NCBI RefSeq assembly: GCF_018977255.1
Contig: NW_024705428.1
Location: forward strand, 1 to 45,472
Direction: 5' to 3'
DNA from: Callorhinchus milii
Lineage: Eukaryota
DNA: 45,472 nt
Both the position numbers and the translations under genes were made by a program. The notes beneath the pieces were generated by a model. It worked only from the letters and a program-made list of their open reading frames with translations. It did not search any database and was not told the origin of the DNA. Shown piece by piece: positions 11,989 to 23,323 of the stretch (its first letter is position 1; each line of letters opens with the position of its first letter).

Positions 11989-12023
11989 CTGAGGACGGCT
12001 GCTTGCGTTGTGGCCGAAACGTC
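11989..12023 (+). ncRNA. Minimal type I hammerhead ribozyme motif 6 (best-formed helix I)
   Basis: GTTTTCAC-CTGAGGA-c-GGCTGC-ttgcgtt-GTGGCC-GAAACGTC-GTGAGAAT; helix I up to 8 bp including G-U pairs. Confidence 0.8.
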
Positions 12024-12694
12024 GTGAGAATTATTTTATTATGTTTTATTTTATATTATTTTATTACTTCCCTTCTACGTGACTTTACCGACAGAACCAA
12101 GAAGATCTATTAACTCTTGAACACGGAGGTTATATCACAACAATAGTTTGTTTTTGGTTTCCTCTGGAACTCTTTATGAGAATGGAAACAGTCAATAAGT
12201 TCACACAGCACACACGTGCAGCAGCTGAAGTCAGATCTGCTCATCTCAGCATTCAGGACATCGTGAGCCTGGCTGGCTTCACACCTCTAAGTTGCGATTG
12301 AACATTAATTTATGCATTTCTGCATAACACAAATAGTATTATTTTCAACACCCTTTGCTATGTCAGCTGAATTGAGCTTTCATAAATATTCCTTTTGCAG
12401 CTTGACAGCCGAAATTGTGTGCTCGGAGTTTTGGGTTAACATTCATTTTGAAGATACAAGGGCTTCCAGGTATGTTTGTGACCATTCACCCTCTCATTGT
12501 GTGCCATAACAGCCCGTGTGATGAATTTGGTAAACTGTTTCACTATATCATGAATATCTATGAATAAGTATAGACGTGTAAGTCACGTGTCACTGTGTAT
12601 ATATGCATTCCGCTGTTCCTCGATACTGACGTGTAGATGGTGTGGATATTCTTTTTCTGTCTGCAGCTGTCGCTTCCTCTGCAGAATTGGTCTG

Positions 12695-13649
12695 ATGGAG
12701 CAAAGGCGCTCAGCGCAGCTCGGTGCAAAAAGGCATCAATGCGACCGGTGTGCATACAGCACGGATCATCCTGGACATTTTACACAGCACCAGAGAACTC
12801 ACACGGGAGAGAAACCCTTCAAGTGCAGTGTGTGTGGGAAAGCATTTTCACAGTCATCTACTCTTGTAGCACACCAGAGAACACACACGGGAGAGAAACC
12901 CTTCAAGTGCACTGTGTGTGGGAAGGCGTTTGCAAATTCATCTACTCTTGTAACACACCAGAGAACACACACGGGAGAGAAACCCTTCAAGTGCAGTGTG
13001 TGTGTGAAGGCATTTTCACAGTCAATTGCTCTTGTAATACACCAGAGAACACACACGGGAGAGAAACCCTTCAAGTGCAGTGTGTGTGGGAAGGCATTTG
13101 CACAGTCATTTGCTCTTGTAATACACCAGAGAACACACACAGGAGAGAAACCCTTCAAGTGCAGTGTGTGTGGGAAGGCGTTTGCACAGTCACCAAATCT
13201 TAGAGTACACCAGAGAACACACATGGGAGAGAAATCCTTCAGGTGCAACCTGCGGGAAGGCGTTTGCACGGTCATCAAATCTTCAAGTACACCAGAGAAG
13301 ACACAAGCATCAGAAGATCTGCAAAGAGTGGAGTCTGAAATCAGCTTGTGAAAAAGTCAAAGTGCCGCAATGAGCCCATCCCTCATCAAACAAGAACCGG
13401 AGGAAAATCCCAGCTTGGACACTTAAAGGTATCAAGGTGGAATTTGAAGAGGTGAAGTTGGAATGTGAAGAAGTGATGGTGAAGAGCGAAGAAGTGAAGG
13501 TAAAATGTGAAGATGATGATTCAACTCCAAAATGTGACCTTCACATCGATGGAGGCAACGTGAAGCAGGAGGAGAATTCTGACTGTGAGGCAGAGCGAGG
13601 CAACTCCCAGCAGTTTGTGGAAGTGGAGGTGTTGGTGGACTTCCTCTGA
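12695..13649 (+). pseudogene. C2H2 zinc-finger gene, 7 fingers plus acidic tail; frameshift near 13247 and in-frame TGA at 13371
   Basis: Acceptor CTCTGCAG/12685, ATG 12695; six CxxC..HQRTH fingers with TGEKPF linkers; finger 7 (CGKAFARSSNLQVHQRRH) continues in another frame; acidic tail 13431-13649; candidate upstream non-coding exon 12401-12469 (CAG/..CAG/GTATGT). Lesions could be assembly errors. Confidence 0.85.
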
Positions 13650-14350
13650 GACAATACAAAGTCAAGTGGAGACCCGGTAGATGTTTAAACCAGTGACGAT
13701 GCCGCTCCAATAGATGCACCCTTGTCACAGGCCTTTAATGACAAGAATGTGAAGTTGAACACTCAATTCCTAGGTTCAACCTGCAGGGTAAGAGCGAGCG
13801 GCCAGTCTTTGTGGACCTGTGTGTTGGTAGATCTCTGACCAGGTGCTAGAGCCAATAAGCCCCCAAGCATTCACGATGTTCTCATAATAATAGATTTTAA
13901 ATGGTGCTTGCTGAGTTTTGCATCGTACCTCGTCTCAAACACTCTAAGAGCACCCCAAGTAGCAGCTGCCCCTGTGTGGCACAAGGTGGTGGCCCTGCAC
14001 CGGCCTGCATGTTGTCAAGAGCCTGTCTCAAGGGGGCGATGGTTGATGTGTCAATTTAGCTGCGTAGTTTGTGGGTAATGTTTAGAATTTGCTAAATTTT
14101 CACCCAGACGCCAACATGCAATGACCTCGTTTTGAATGACGCAATTTTATGTTTCACATCCACTGTACAGTAGAGGGTGCATTCTTTAAATAGCTCCTTG
14201 TTAATAAGACGTTATCTAGACTAGATTGTTCAATTTTGTAAGAACGTAATCTACCAGGTAGGGTGTTGACTGTTGTGTTGGCTGACTCTGTGTTGTGTTG
14301 CATTATATTTCCAAGTTCACTTTGTTTGTTTTCTCATTCACTTGTTGCAC

Positions 14351-14385
14351 CTGATGATGGTTGCTTGTGTTCCAATCGAAGCGTC
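14351..14385 (+). ncRNA. Degenerate hammerhead motif 7 (GAAAC changed to GAAGC)
   Basis: GCAC-CTGATGA-t-GGTTGC-ttgtgtt-CCAATC-GAAGCGTC-GTGT, then the family tail CGTGACTTTACCGA. Confidence 0.55.
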
Positions 14386-15002
14386 GTGTTCTGGTATTTA
14401 ATGTCTTTCTCCGTGACTTTACCGACGCGGTAAGTTTCACTGCAGTAATTCAATGTTGTCGATTTGCCTGTCAGTAGTTTAGAATGAATACTTGTCTGAC
14501 TATGCGCGGACATGGAACATTTTGTCTGAGGGTCAAACATCGAGTCAGCGATGTCGGGGCAAAGTGTGTGTTTGTAAGTAGCCTGTAGAGATCACTCAGG
14601 CTAGACCCGTTATTCTTGTGATACAGGTCCAAGGGTACTTTTGTGTTTCAAGGAAGTATCTGCCTCTGGAGTAGGGAGCATGCAATAGGGAGCACGCTCG
14701 GATCATCCGTCAGTTACAAGGCGTACCGCTTAAAAGTTTCACGTAGAGGAGATACATTCTCTACAACACGAATTATAATTTTGTATTACGTGTTGACACA
14801 TTTTGTCAAACTCGGGCGAGAAATGCCCCTTGCTGTTTCACGTCTGAATGTTGACAACCGTGGGTTGAAGCAGCTCAGGCTGCTGTTGAGACGCTGCGCA
14901 CCAATAAAGGTCCCCAGGTGGCTTGCACTGAATCAGCGATGCACTCCCAGAAGGCTGTGATGATTATAGTTTATGTTGTTTCAACTGTGGCATTGTTTCA
15001 AC

Positions 15003-15411
15003 TCTCTGTGTGAGTCTGTGAGTCTCTGTGTGAGTCTGTAGGTCTCTGTGAGTCTGTGGGTCTCTGTGAGTCTGTGGGTCTCTGTGTGAGTCTCTGGTTC
15101 TCTGTGTGAGTCTCTGATTCTTTGTGTGAGTCTGTGCGTCTCTGTGTGAGTCTGTAGGTCTCTGTGAGTCTGTGGGTCTCTGTGAGTCTGTGGGTCTCTG
15201 TGTGAGTCTCTGGGTCTCTGTGTGAGTCTGTGAGTCTGTGGGTCTCTGTGTGAGTCTGTGGGTCTCTGTGTGAGTCTGTGGGTCTCTGTGTGAGTCTGTG
15301 GGTCTCTGTGTGAGTCTGTGGGTCTCTGTGTGAGTCTGTGGGTCTCTGTGTGTCTCTGGGTCTCTGTGTGAGTCTATGGGTCTCTGTGTGAGTCTGTGAG
15401 TCTCTGGGTCT
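15003..15411 (+). repeat. ~20-bp minisatellite (TCTCTGTGTGAGTCTGTGGG)n
   Basis: Direct inspection; related to the 23-bp array at 19797-20085. Confidence 0.95.
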
Positions 15412-15539
15412 ATTATTTTAGTATGTATAATAAATAAATTATTTTGTTTTGTATTGATTATTTTATTATTTCCATTCTACGTAATAAAAAGAAAACATAA
15501 AAATAATTATTTTACTAAGTTGTATGTATTTTATTATTG

Positions 15540-15612
15540 GGGTCTGTGGTGTAATGGATAACGCGGCTGCCTGCAGACTACAAGGTTGTGGGTTCGACTC
15601 CTGCCAGGCGCG
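15540..15612 (+). pseudogene. tRNA-Arg(ACG)-like pseudogene
   Basis: 73 nt; A-box TGGTGTAATGGATAACGCG and B-box GGTTCGACTCC as in eukaryotic tRNA-Arg; acceptor stem mostly pairs, anticodon stem does not; T-run downstream. Confidence 0.7.
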
Positions 15613-15783
15613 ATATACATTTATTTTATAGATATTTTTTATTTCTCGTCACATCTCGAACGCCTGAACAGGGGCTTCAAAACAACAAAATCGAGGTGAA
15701 GCTGGTTCACCAATGTGAACATGTCACGACCATTAACGCTGGGGCGTTACATTTAAAATTTGATTTAAAAAAAATATTCCCCG

Positions 15784-15876
15784 TGGGGGATGCGGGAATC
15801 GATCCGGCTACCTTAACAACAGAAACATCAGGATACTTAGTGGCGTGCTCACGCTACCAGGTACGCTGATGTCTCC
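15784..15876 (-). pseudogene. tRNA-Ala(AGC)-like pseudogene with a ~20-nt insertion
   Basis: 3' part AGGTAGCCGGATCGATTCCCGCATCCCCCA resembles tRNA-Ala(AGC) AGGTAGCGGGATCGATGCCCGCATTCTCCA; degenerate D-arm with TGGTAG. Confidence 0.55.
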
Positions 15877-15926
15877 GTAGCATCGAGAGGGTCCTAGTGT
15901 CGTTGGTAGCGTGCAAGCTGCGTGTG

Positions 15927-16296
15927 TCATCTTCTTGGTTCTTTCGGTGAAGTCACGTAGAATGGAAATAATGAAATAATAAAAATAAAACAATCTTTTT
16001 TTATGTATAATAGAATAAAAATAATAAAAATAAAATCTTTGAAATATTTATTTTATTATGTAAATACAAGAAAAATAATAAAATAATAAAAATAAACCTT
16101 AATAAAATAATTACTTTAGTATGTATAATAAAATAATAATTTTATTATGTTTTATTATAAAACAATAAATTATTTTATTATGTGTCATAAAAGAATATTT
16201 TTATTATGTTTTATTTTTATTATTTTATTATTTCCATTCTAGGTGACTTTACCGAAAGAACCAAGAAGATGAATCCCTGCAGTCACGAAAGCTTTA
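15927..16296. repeat. Fold-back AT-rich repeat (pLTR-tail family, no ribozyme core)
   Basis: TCATCTTCTTGGTTCTTTCGGTGAAGTCACGTAG ... CTAGGTGACTTTACCGAAAGAACCAAGAAGATGA. Confidence 0.88.
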
Positions 16297-16434
16297 CACC
16301 GAAGTTGTGTGTGCTAGTGAGCTCTGTGTTGCTAGTAAGACAACTCACACCGTCTATCCTTGTACTGGACGTGCATTTGAGATGTGTAGCACAATGTTCC
16401 ATCCCTATCGGGATCACATGGGAATAGACTATCG

Positions 16435-17808
16435 TGTGTGTGTGTGTGTCACTCCATGTGTGTGTGTGTAAGTCGATGTCTGTGTGTGTGTGTAAGTCGA
16501 TGTCTGTGTGTGTAGTTGTGTGTGTGTAAGTCGATGTATGTGTGTGTCCATGTGTGTGTAAGTCGATGTCTGTGTGTGTACTTGCGTGTGTGTAAGTCGA
16601 TGTCTGTGTGTGTGTGTAAGTCGATGTCTGTGTGTAAGTCGATGTCTGTGTGTGTACTTGTGTGTGTAAGTCGATGTCTGTGTGTGTACTTGTGTGTGTG
16701 TGTAAGTCGATGTCTGTGTGTGTCTACTTGTGTGTGTGTAAGTCGATGTCTGTGTGTGTGTACTTGTGTGTGTGTAAGTCGATGTCTGTGTGTGTCCATG
16801 TGCGTGTAAGTCGATGTCTGTGTGTGTACATGTGTGTGTGTAAGTCGATGTCTGTGTGTGTACTTGTGTGTGTGTAAGTCGATGTCTGTGTGTGTCCATG
16901 TGTGTGTGTGTAAGTCGATGTCTGTGTGTGTACTTGTGTGTGTGTGTAAGTCGATGTCTGTGTGTGTGTACTTGTGTGTAAGTCGATGTCTGTGGGTGTC
17001 CATGTGTTTGTAAGTCGATGTCTGTGTGTGTGTACTTGTGTGTGTGTAAGTCGATGTCTGTGTGTGTCCATGTGCGTGTAAGTCGATGTCTGTGTGTGTA
17101 CATGTGTGTGTGTAAGTCGATGTCTGTGTGTGTACTTGTGTGTGTGTAAGTCGATGTCTGTGTGTGTACTTGTGTCTGTGTGTGTAAGTCGATGTCTGTG
17201 TGTGTACTTGTGTGTGTGTGTAAGTCGATGTCTGTGTGTGTGTACTTGTGTGTAAGTCGATGTCTGTGGGTGTCCATGTGTTTGTAAGTCGATGTCTGTG
17301 TGTGTGTACTTTGTGTGTAAGTCGATGTCTGTGTGTGTGTACTTGTGTGTGTGTAAGTCGATGTCTGTGTGTGTCCATGTGTGTGTAAGTCGATGTCTGT
17401 GTGTGTACTTGTGTCTGTGTGTGTAAGTCGATGTCTGTGTGTGTACTTGTGTGTGTGTGTAAGTCGATGTCTGTGTGTGTGTACTTGTGTGTAAGTCGAT
17501 GTCTGTGGGTGTCCATGTGTTTGTAAGTCGATGTCTGTGTGTGTGTACTTTGTGTGTAAGTCGATGTCTGTGTGTGTACTTGTGTGTGTGTGTGTAAGTC
17601 GATGTCTGTGTGTGTCCATGTGTATGTAAGTCGATGTCTGTGTGTACTTGTGTGTGTGTAAGTCGATGTCTGTGTTTACTTGTGTGTGTGTAAGTCGATG
17701 TCTGTGTACTTGTGTGTGTGTGTAAGTCGATGTCTGTGTGTGTGTACTTGTGTGTGTGTGTAAGTCGATGTCTGTGTGTGTGTGTACTTGTGTGTGTGTG
17801 TCACTCCA
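16435..17808 (+). repeat. Minisatellite: constant TAAGTCGATGTCTG core separated by variable (TG)n with TACT/CCAT interruptions
   Basis: More than 30 units; bounded by the direct repeat GTGTGTCACTCCAT at both ends. Confidence 0.96.
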
Positions 17809-18545
17809 TCTCGGTCAGTCGACCCGTGGCACCTGCTGGGTCTGCCCCGTGACCTCCTGCCAGCGGGCGTTCGACACTTCACGTGGTGGCCTCAAGGTGC
17901 ACGTGGCCTGGCACAAGCGTCGTGGTGACGTCACCGCCACTTAGTGGCGAATGGCGGTTGTGTGTGTGTGCGTGCAACGAGCGGAGCGCCAGGTGGCTAA
18001 AGCACAGCAAGTTGGCACAGTAGGGGGCACAGGTGGTGCATCAGCCAGTCGTCTCGGTCAGTCGACCCGTGGCACCTGCTGGGTCTGCCCCGTGACCTCC
18101 TGCACCTAGCCTGGCACAGTAGGGGGCACAGGTGGTGCATCAGCCAGTCATCTCGGTCATGTCGAAGTGTGCGGTGCAGGGCTCTGTCTGGGACAAGTGT
18201 CTGTGGACACGCCTGGCTTGAAGCGATTGCATTCAGAGCCTTGACCCTCCAGCGAGGTAACTGAACGCCGGTTGCGAGTGCACACATCGCCGAGCCACTA
18301 CGGTGCAGCTGCCGTGTACATCGGGGCATTCCGGCAAAGCGACTGAACCCTCGACAGAGCGCGACGTGCAGAGCAGATTGTCAGCACCACCACCGACGAT
18401 GATGTCAATGATTCATCGCGGACAGATCGCAGAGTGAAGTGCGCTTCTCATAAAGACGTCAATAACGCAGCTTAAAGTTTGCACAAATGTCTTTTATTAC
18501 AAAGTAGTACAAGACGAGAGACCGAGAGTGTGAAGTGACTCCGTC

Positions 18546-18875
18546 CTAGCGGCTGGCGCCGCCGCCGCCAGCCCAGGCGATGCATCGCCGGCGCCGCACC
18601 AGCCGCACGGTGCGCGTCAGGACGGCCGTCTGCTCGGCGCTCGCCAGGCCGGCGGCCGCCAGCGCCGTGTGTTGCTCACGCGCCAGTCGGAGCAGCGCCG
18701 TCAGGAGCCTGCCGGAGAGGGGGGGGCGGTCACGTCAGCGTCGTCACGCACGGAGCGCTCCACACGCACGGCACTGGCACACGCGCACCGACTCGCACAA
18801 ACACTAGCGCACACACGCACACATACACGGCACTGACACACGCACCGACTCGCACGCAAACACAAGCGCACACAC

Positions 18876-18910
<35 letters not shown>

Positions 18911-21796
18911 AACACACACACAAACACACACACGCAAACACACACACGCAAACACACACACGCAAACACACACGGCACTGACACACGCACCGACTCGCAC
19001 GCAAACACAAGCGCACACACACAAACACACACACACGCAAACACACACACACAAACACACACACACAAACACACACACGCAAACACACACACACGCAAAC
19101 ACACACACACAAACACACACACGCAAACACACACACGCAAACACACACACGCAAACACACACGGCACTGACACACGCACCGACTCGCACGCAAACACAAG
19201 CGCACACACACAAACACACACACACGCAAACACACACACACAAACACACACACACAAACACACACAGACACAAACACACACACGCAAACACACACACACA
19301 AACACACACACGCAAACACACACACGCAAACACACACACGCAAACACACGGCACTGACACACGCACCGACTCGCACGCAAACACAAGCGCACACACACAA
19401 ACACACACACACGCAAACACACACACACAAACACACACACACAAACACACACACGAAAACACACACACGCACACACACACGCAAACGCACACACACACGC
19501 AAACACACACACACGCAAACACACACGCACACACGCAAACACACACATGCAAACACACACACACGTAAACACACACACACACGCAAACACACATACACGC
19601 ACGGCACTGACACATGCACCGACTCACATGCAAACACAAGCGCACACCCGCACACACACACAAACACACGCAAACACAAGCGCACACCCGCACACAAACA
19701 CACACCCGCACACACACACACACCCACAAAGATCCCCCGTGTAGCCTTAACAGACTGTTGGGGCGAGTGCTGTTAGCGAACGACACGCGAGGGGGTGGGT
19801 CTCTGTGTGGTGAGTCTGTGGGTCTCTGTGTGGTGAGTCCGTGGGTCTCTGTGTGGTGAGTCTGTGGGTCTCTGTGTGGTGAGTCTGTGGGTCTCTGTGT
19901 GGTGAGTCTGTGGGTCACTGTGTGGTGAGTCTGTGTGGTGAGTCTGTGTGGTGAGTCTATGGGTCTCTGTGTGGTGAGTCTGTGGGTCTCTGTGTGGTGA
20001 GTCTGTGTGGTGAGTCTATGGGTCTCTGTGTGGTGAGTCTATGGGTCTCTGTGTGGTGAGTCTGCGGCTCTCTGTGTGGTGAGTCTCACCTCTCCGTTTC
20101 CTGACGCTCCGCCTCGCGCAGCATGGCAAACTGCTCGGCTTGCCGAACTCGCCGATGCAGCTCCGTCTCCTCCCCCTCCCGCTCGCCACCGGGCGCCACC
20201 ACCGCCGGCTGTCGGGCGGGACCCACGGCCGCGATGGCGCCGTCTAAGGGCGGCGCCCGGAGCCGGTCGGCGTTGTCGGCGGGTTCCGTGGCGCGCTGCT
20301 GCTGCTGTTGCTGCTGCTGTTGCTGCTGCTGTTGCTGCTGCTGCTGCCGTAACTGCTCCACCACCGCCAGCATCTCCGGCCTGGTCAAGGTGAGGCACCG
20401 GCGCCGGTGATGACGACGGCGCTGAGGGAGGGGGGGGGGCCGGAGGGTTAGAACGGGGCGCCGTGTCGCGGGCGCCCACCAGGGCCGCCGCTTGCGTCGC
20501 GGTCGAAGCGTCGCGCTTCTGTGATTCTCTCCGAACCCGCCGCCGCCGACGCGACTTCTTCACCCAAAGACCCGAGAACGTCAATTCTTGCCGCGTCCAC
20601 GAAACCTTCGGGTCGAGATCCCCCGCCCCCCCCCCCGCGGTGCGTCTCTCTCACCTGAGCGGCGACGCCGTCCGGGTCGGCTGCCGTGGCCGCCGCCGGC
20701 GCCACCCGGCGCGGCTCCTCCGGGTCGCGCCGGGGCTCCTCCTGCGGCTGCTGGCGCCGCGGTTGCGGCAAGACGACGCAGCGCGGCACCACCAGGCAGC
20801 GGCGTCGCAGTCGCCGCGGCGTGGGGAGCCCGAGGTGGTGGCCCTGGAGGTGGGGCCCCGGGTAGCGGCGGGCGCCGTCGCTCGTGTCCGTGGGCTGACG
20901 GCGAAGCCGAGGGGAGGGGGGGGGCACAACAACAACAACAAGAGGCTGTCACTCTCTAAACTAGCGCTGGGCGATTTGGGGGAAATACCTAATTGAGATT
21001 TTTCTGACAGATATTGCGATTTGATTTGATATAAAACAATTTGTTCAAGTCAAGCTTCAGTTCAATATTCACTGTGTAATAGATTTTCAACGTGTGATGT
21101 GGCATTGCCACATGATACCGTCAACATAAGAACTGATACATATATTCTAATGGAAGGATGAGAACTTAAAAATATATGAATTGCTTCCAACATGTATTTA
21201 TAAAAAAAATTTTAAATAGAACAATCAAACATAGAACAATTGTGAAGTGAAATCAATAACGTTATAATAATAAGTAACAAAACAATTCCAATAAGTAATC
21301 GGCATTTTACAAATCGCAAAAAAAAATCGATTTCCTCATCACATTGCTTCAAATTGCGATTTCGATTTCAAATTGATTAATCGTTCAGTCCTACTCTAAA
21401 TCAGTGGTTCTTAACCTCAGAAGAGGGGCATCTTGCACAGCCCCAGGTTAAGAACCACTGCACCAAACGCTTTGTTCCCAAATATGTTATTAGGGGAAAC
21501 CTCAAGGACCCGGAGAAAAATCCACGCAAGCACGGGGAGAGATCCGTCTCTCTCCTCACTCTACATGAGACACACGGGAGGAGGGGAGGGGGGTAAAGAC
21601 GTGTCGCTCACCACCACGCAGCCAGGCAGTGGTTCACTAGTCCCCACAATCAGCACTACCAGGCTGGGGCCTGCTTGGCTTGTGAGACACACGGGGGGAG
21701 GAGGAGAGGGGGTAGAGACGTGATGCTCACCTGATCGGCATCCACCTGGCTGGGCTGGTCTGCCATGATGTCTTCTGTGGTCTCCTGCAAACTCAT
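18546..21796 (-). CDS. Spliced gene, 4 coding exons (21796-21731, 20894-20655, 20421-20090, 18708-18546), 266-aa Arg-rich/polyQ protein of unknown function
   Basis: All introns GTGAG..AG with pyrimidine tracts; exon lengths 66+240+332+163=801 nt with matching phases 0,0,2; ATG in AAGATGA; TAG followed by AATAAA at 18498-18493. Confidence 0.7.
18762..19727 (+). repeat. Compound (CA)n satellite with a higher-order unit of about 190 bp (intronic)
   Basis: Recurrent CACGGCACTGACACACGCACCGACTCGCACGCAAACACAAGCGC. Confidence 0.95.
19797..20085 (+). repeat. 23-bp minisatellite (TCTCTGTGTGGTGAGTCTGTGGG)n
   Basis: Direct inspection. Confidence 0.95.
20962..21393. mobile_element. hAT-type MITE
   Basis: Imperfect TIRs TAGCGCTGGGCGATT / AATCGTTCAGTCCTA; 8-bp TSD CTCTAAAC / CTCTAAAT. 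Confidence 0.8.
21402..21460. mobile_element. 59-bp hAT/Charlie-type internally deleted element
   Basis: Perfect TIRs CAGTGGTTCTTAACCT / AGGTTAAGAACCACTG; TSD poorly preserved. Confidence 0.7.
21493..21540 (-). mobile_element. V-SINE core-like fragment
   Basis: TCTCCCCGTGCTTGCGTGGATTTTTCTCCGGGT resembles the vertebrate V-SINE central domain. Confidence 0.5.
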
Positions 21797-21952
21797 CTTG
21801 GTGTTCTCTACACAGACAGCACATACAATGGGCGTGAGATACCGATGTCGGTGGATGGTGTAGACCAACAGAGACACGCAGCAGACTGTATGAACATCTC
21901 CACTTGAGGAGAGACAAAGGCGGCCGGGCGTGGTGCTGGCCACCCACCCCTC

Positions 21953-22328
21953 CTGCTAGCAGCACTTGCCCCTACAGCCTGCTACTACAGGCTACACGGG
22001 GCATCTTTGTCTTTGACTTCATAGCTGCTGCTGCTGCTACTGTTTGCTAGCAGCACTTGCCCCTACAGCCTGCTACTACAGGCTACACGGGGCATCTTTG
22101 TCTTTGCCTTCATAGCTGCTGCTGCTACTGTTTGCTAGCAGCACTTGCCCCTACAGCCTGCTACTACAGGCTACACGGGGCATCTTTGTCTTTGCCTTCA
22201 TAGCTGCTCCTGCTACTCGCTAACAGCACTTGCCCCTACAGCCTGCTACTACAGGCTACACGGGGCATCTTTGTCTTTGCCTTCATAGCTGCTACTGCTA
22301 CTCGCTAACACCACTTGCCCCTACAGTC
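21953..22328 (+). repeat. ~85-90-bp tandem repeat (4+ copies); related single copies in reverse at ~9340-9420 and ~19727-19777
   Basis: CAGCACTTGCCCCTACAGCCTGCTACTACAGGCTACACGGGGCATCTTTGT repeated. Confidence 0.93.
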
Positions 22329-22415
22329 TGTGCGAGGAGCGGCTTTTGTCTGTGTACCGTACAACGATTCGCGTCTGCTAACCGCTATTAAAACATAAAT
22401 AACAATTTCGATTTA

Positions 22416-22814
22416 AAGCTTTGGTGACTGCAGGGATTCATCTTCTTGGTTCTTTCGGTAAAGTCACGTAGAAGGGAAATAATAAAATAATAAAAATAAC
22501 ACATAATAAAATATTTTATTATGTTTTATAAATTATAAAAATAAAGCAATACAATATTTAATTGGTTTATAATTTATTTTATGAAGTTTACATTTTATTA
22601 TTTTATTATTTCCATTCTACGTGACTTTACCGAAAAAAACAATAAATTATTTAACATAATAAAGTATTTTTTAACGTTTTATTATTATTTTATTATTTCC
22701 ATTCTACGTGACTTTACCGAAAGAACCAATCATTTATTAAACATAAAGTATTTTACTATGTTTTATTTTTATTATTTCCATTCTACGTGACTTTACCTAA
22801 AGAACCAAGAAGAT
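22416..22814. repeat. pLTR-tail family cluster: one minus copy facing three tandem plus copies
   Basis: ATTTCCATTCTACGTGACTTTACC at ~22607, ~22694 and ~22773, and its reverse complement at ~22457. Confidence 0.88.
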
Positions 22815-23323
22815 AAATAACAATGTTTAAAGCACGGCAACGTCACAATGAAAGCTTATAGCCCACGAGTAACATAAACAAATCGTTGCAAGTGCACCAA
22901 TGTGAACGTGAGAGGGCGAGACATGATGGGTAGTCACCAGGCCTCGCCTCACGTCGGGGGACCACGGCCTCGCCTAGCGACTCCGGCCCACCGAGCCCGG
23001 CCTGAGATCCAGGCGAGCGCCCAGGCTGAGGCCTAAACAACCCCCTCACCAAGCTCCCAAATGAATCGTTAAAGAATTATTAACTCTTTAACGATTAATT
23101 TTTGCAAGCGAACGAAATCTAATTTGCTAATCGATGCGGGAAAGTCACGAAGGTTAAAAGAATAACATTAATAAAAGTAATAATAGAAATAAAATAATAA
23201 ATCACGACGTGTCGTCATCAGCTGGGTCCGTCACAGCTACATTCGCTGTATTTCTACTAAAACTTTTATTAAGTTTTAATTTTATTTTTTACCCTACGTG
23301 AAAAAAAACTTAAAGAGTACACA

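Larger units (their letters stand above)
11829..12106. repeat. Fold-back repeat with two opposed hammerhead motifs and a central perfect hairpin
   Basis: Arms 11829-~11946 and ~11982-12106 are reverse complements; centre GAAAACCAGGTCTG-A-CAGACCTGGTTTTC (11942-11970). Confidence 0.92.

Noticed and set aside
16435..17808. CRISPR-like array (constant TAAGTCGATGTCTG with variable spacers)
   Set aside because: Spacers are just (TG)n variants that repeat, the core is only 14 bp, there are no cas genes and the context is eukaryotic; it is a minisatellite
23200..23222. Additional hammerhead motifs at ~23205 and ~11585-11610
   Set aside because: Remnants lacking either helix II/GAAA or the CTGANGA core; not counted
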